Shown: positions 61,415-64,000 of the stretch, in pieces | Position numbering within the stretch: position 1 is the first letter of the stretch | Layout: every line of letters starts with the position of its first letter | Assembly: GCA_030704615.1 (NCBI GenBank) | Contig: CM060732.1 | Coordinates: forward strand, 64,046,001-64,110,000 | DNA: 64,000 nt | Reading direction: 5' to 3' | DNA from: Takakia lepidozioides | Lineage: Eukaryota > Plantae > Bryophyta | Notes under the pieces: model-generated | Told to the model about the DNA's origin: nothing | Database searches by the model: none | Seen by the model: the letters and a program-made list of their open reading frames with translations, nothing else | Position numbers and translations under genes: made by a program

Positions 61415-64000
61415 CCATACCAGAAGGGGGGTGGTCGCACATTTTTTCTTATTTTTTAAATGGGTGCGACCACCAGCAGGTGGTGGTCGTAGCATTTTCA
61501 TTTTTTTTAAATAGGTGCAATCACCAGTAAGGGATGGTCGTACATTTTTAATTATTTTTTAAATGGGTGCGACCACCAGCCGGTGGTGGTCGCAGACTTT
61601 TTCTTTTTTGTTATTAGGTGCGACCGCTCCCTGGACACGTGGCGAGGCGTGAATGGGCAGCAGAGGCGGTCGTACGCCAGGCCTCTCCAGGCAGTATATA
61701 AGGCCTACCCCTCATTCCCAACCCATTTTTTTCCCTCTCTGTTAGTGCGGTTCTGGGGCTTCTTGGAGTTTGAACTTCAGTGGCTAGGACTGAGCGTGGG
61801 GAGGGGGGAAGAAAGTGGATTTGTGTGGGAGAGGAGTTTTGCCTTTTTTTCCTAGGACTGCGGGAGAGTTTGCTTTGGGTACTATACCAATAGAGGGTGA
61901 GGAAATTGGTCTACTAGTATATAAGGTTATCAACAGTCTGGGTTTAGTTTTCCGTTACGAAGCCGCGTCTATTCCGCAGAGTACTTTCATCATGTCCGGA
62001 AACGTTGCTTCGAACGCAGTGTCAGGGGGTTCCTCAGGAAGTGGGCGTAAAGGTAGGAAGCGTAAACATGCACATGAACGGGATAGTCAGGTCAACAAAA
62101 AAGACTATCCAAGCGCAGAGGCCGCGAAGGAGGTGAAGCAAGTAGTGCTGGATTATTTGAAGGACAATGACATAATGCGTTTGAATCTTTTGTATGTCCG
62201 ACATGGGAATGAGGGGTTCCTTAGATTCCAGCACAATATGGAGATGAGAATGAGGGAGGTTTTGGCCGGGGATGAATGGGAAGAGGACAGGACGAAGTTC
62301 TGGTTTATGAAATGGATGGAGGACTGGGCCCATGATGCCACATGGAATCTGAGGCAAACCATGGACAAGTTTGTTACGAGAACACCTGTAGCTGAACGTC
62401 GCATGCCAACTTCGGAGGAGGAGTTGTTTGTGCTTGTGGATTGGTGGTCTGACATAGCAAAGGCCCACGCCAAATGACGTACAAAACCACTCCTATGGAA
62501 GGCAGGGTCCTCGTCCGCGGATGCGGCATTGAACGTGAGATACATATCCACAAACGCACATGTACAACAACTCGACGCGCCCAAACAGGAGGGTATGATA
62601 CAATTCGGAGGGTTAGAATTGTTGGGGATCAATTCATTCCTCCATCTTGGGAGCTAGCAGGGAAAACGCCCAGGGAAACAAATGCTGAACTTGCCAAAGT
62701 CCAACATAACAATGAGGCGTTGGCTATAAAGTTCCATCATTTCGGCATCATAAAGTATTTTACGTTGCATCCATGTCAAAATGAAGGTTATACACATTAG
62801 TAGAATGGGGGGACCATACGATCATGGTTGAGTATTGACAGGAAATGGGGAAATGATCGGGATAACAGGGAGTTAATGGAATGACGGGGGACGGAGCAGG
62901 AAATGCAGGAGATCAACCGACTGGTTCGATTCCGAGAGAATCACACCCAATTGGCATGGGCGCTTTTGCACATCATGCTCAACGTCCATAATCACCACCT
63001 CTTGCACAACGACATGTCCCCTGACAACATCTTGTTGCATTTTCCACAAGGGTTTGAAGATGTGTACATCGGGGTATGCGATTGGGGGATGGCCTTCACG
63101 ACGGATGACCCAAAAACCACGTTGTACATTTTTTAGAGCAGAGACAAGATAATAAAGGCTCTCGCACATAGATGGTGGATTGCACCTGAAATTGCAATTG
63201 TTCATAATGTAGCCAACAACCAGTCAGGTGGCACACCTCGTAGGCCCCCTCTAACCGTGTCATCAGAGACATTTGCGATTCGGAAGATAGCCCAGGCAAT
63301 AAATGGGGGTAACACGTTCGATGCAAGCTTGTTCAACGATATGTCTACTGGAACCTGTTTTGCTTCCGCTCTGTAAAACTTGTATGTAGACACAGTAGAG
63401 TTGCGGTACAAACTAGAAAACGTTGTGAAGCGTTTCATGACAAGGCCATTCAATTGGCCTGAGCCCAAAAATTGCTAGAGGATGGATATAAACTTGTAGA
63501 CCTTTGACTGTACATCATGTTTGAATAAATGTTGTTTTCAATTGTGTTTGTCTCGTACCATAATGTTTTAATGGTTTGTTACTTGGCCATGGCACCTGGG
63601 TCGGGGGCTGCTATTTCATGAGCCATGAGCCATGAGCGGCATGAGCCATGAGCAGAGTCGTAAGTATGGAAAAAAACATGAGCAGCACTATTTTCCGGAA
63701 ATGAGTGTCCGCGGGAATAGGGTTTAGGGTGCCACGGTCATAGGGGGAGAAGGACCTCCCGATGAAGGAGGTACGGCAATGTTATTTAGAATTATATATT
63801 GAAAGGCAATGTTTCGCGAATGGTAGGGTGGTATTGCTCTGTACAATGGGGGCCCATTTCAGCCTACCAGCCATTTGCAAAATTCACCCACACTCCCAAT
63901 CCCAAACGAAATGAGCAATGACGCATTCTCGGAACAATGGACACAGAATAGAATAAAAAGAGGGCACAATGAGGTTTTTATTGATCCACATGAATTGCAT
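61415..64000 (+). mobile_element. Putative CACTA-like DNA transposon (left end and subterminal repeats); extends beyond the window
   Basis: CCATACCAGAA (CACTACCAGAA-like) followed by four inverted pairs of a GGTGGTCGCAC / GTGCGACCACC motif at 61428-61626. It breaks the gag reading frame. Confidence 0.55.
61992..63499 (+). pseudogene. Atypical intronless protein kinase with N-terminal basic NLS-like patch; inactivated by stops and a frameshift
   Basis: GGYDTIRRV (G-loop remnant), ELAGK, NEALA, HNDMSPDNILL (63005), VCDWGMA (63080), WWIAPE (63182), SETFAI; RKGRKRKH near the N-terminus; TATATAA at about 61696. Confidence 0.8.

Noticed and set aside
61428-61626. Regularly spaced repeats resembling a CRISPR array
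   Set aside because: The repeats alternate in orientation, the spacers are T/A-rich and similar to each other, there are no cas genes, and the context is eukaryotic. They fit transposon subterminal repeats.
63618-63655. CATGAGC x5 mini-repeat and possible minus-strand gene at the window end
   Set aside because: Too short, and no sustained reading frame is visible within the window.

Overview
Eukaryotic nuclear DNA from a land plant, most likely a bryophyte or other seed-free lineage. This is inferred from the GT-AG intron-rich genes, a plastid BCCP, PLS-type PPR relics, a Tcn1/sushi-like gag and CAGTGTTTTT-ended MITEs. The window has two halves. Bases 1-37.2 kb hold seven housekeeping genes: a SUVR-type SET methyltransferase (5' end outside the window), HemW/HemN-like radical SAM, Werner-like exonuclease (WEX), an SDS22-like LRR protein, BCCP, VPS29 and URB2, with small MITEs/repeats in introns and one promoter. 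Bases 37.3-64 kb hold no intact host gene that I can recognise. They contain a full-length decayed L1 LINE, MULE/SWIM relics, PPR pseudogene fragments and a nested stack: an unknown ORF, a Ty3/gypsy (tRNA-iMet PBS, extra upstream ORF, hAT MITE inside), a second Ty3/gypsy whose PBS is complementary to its own predicted 5' end (Tf1-type self-priming), and a CACTA-like element carrying an atypical protein kinase. The top leads are the transposon-borne kinase, the self-priming plant retrotransposon, a GA-microsatellite-associated intronic repeat family, and extra ORFs/domains in the retroelements. All exon boundaries and family calls were made by eye, without database searches.
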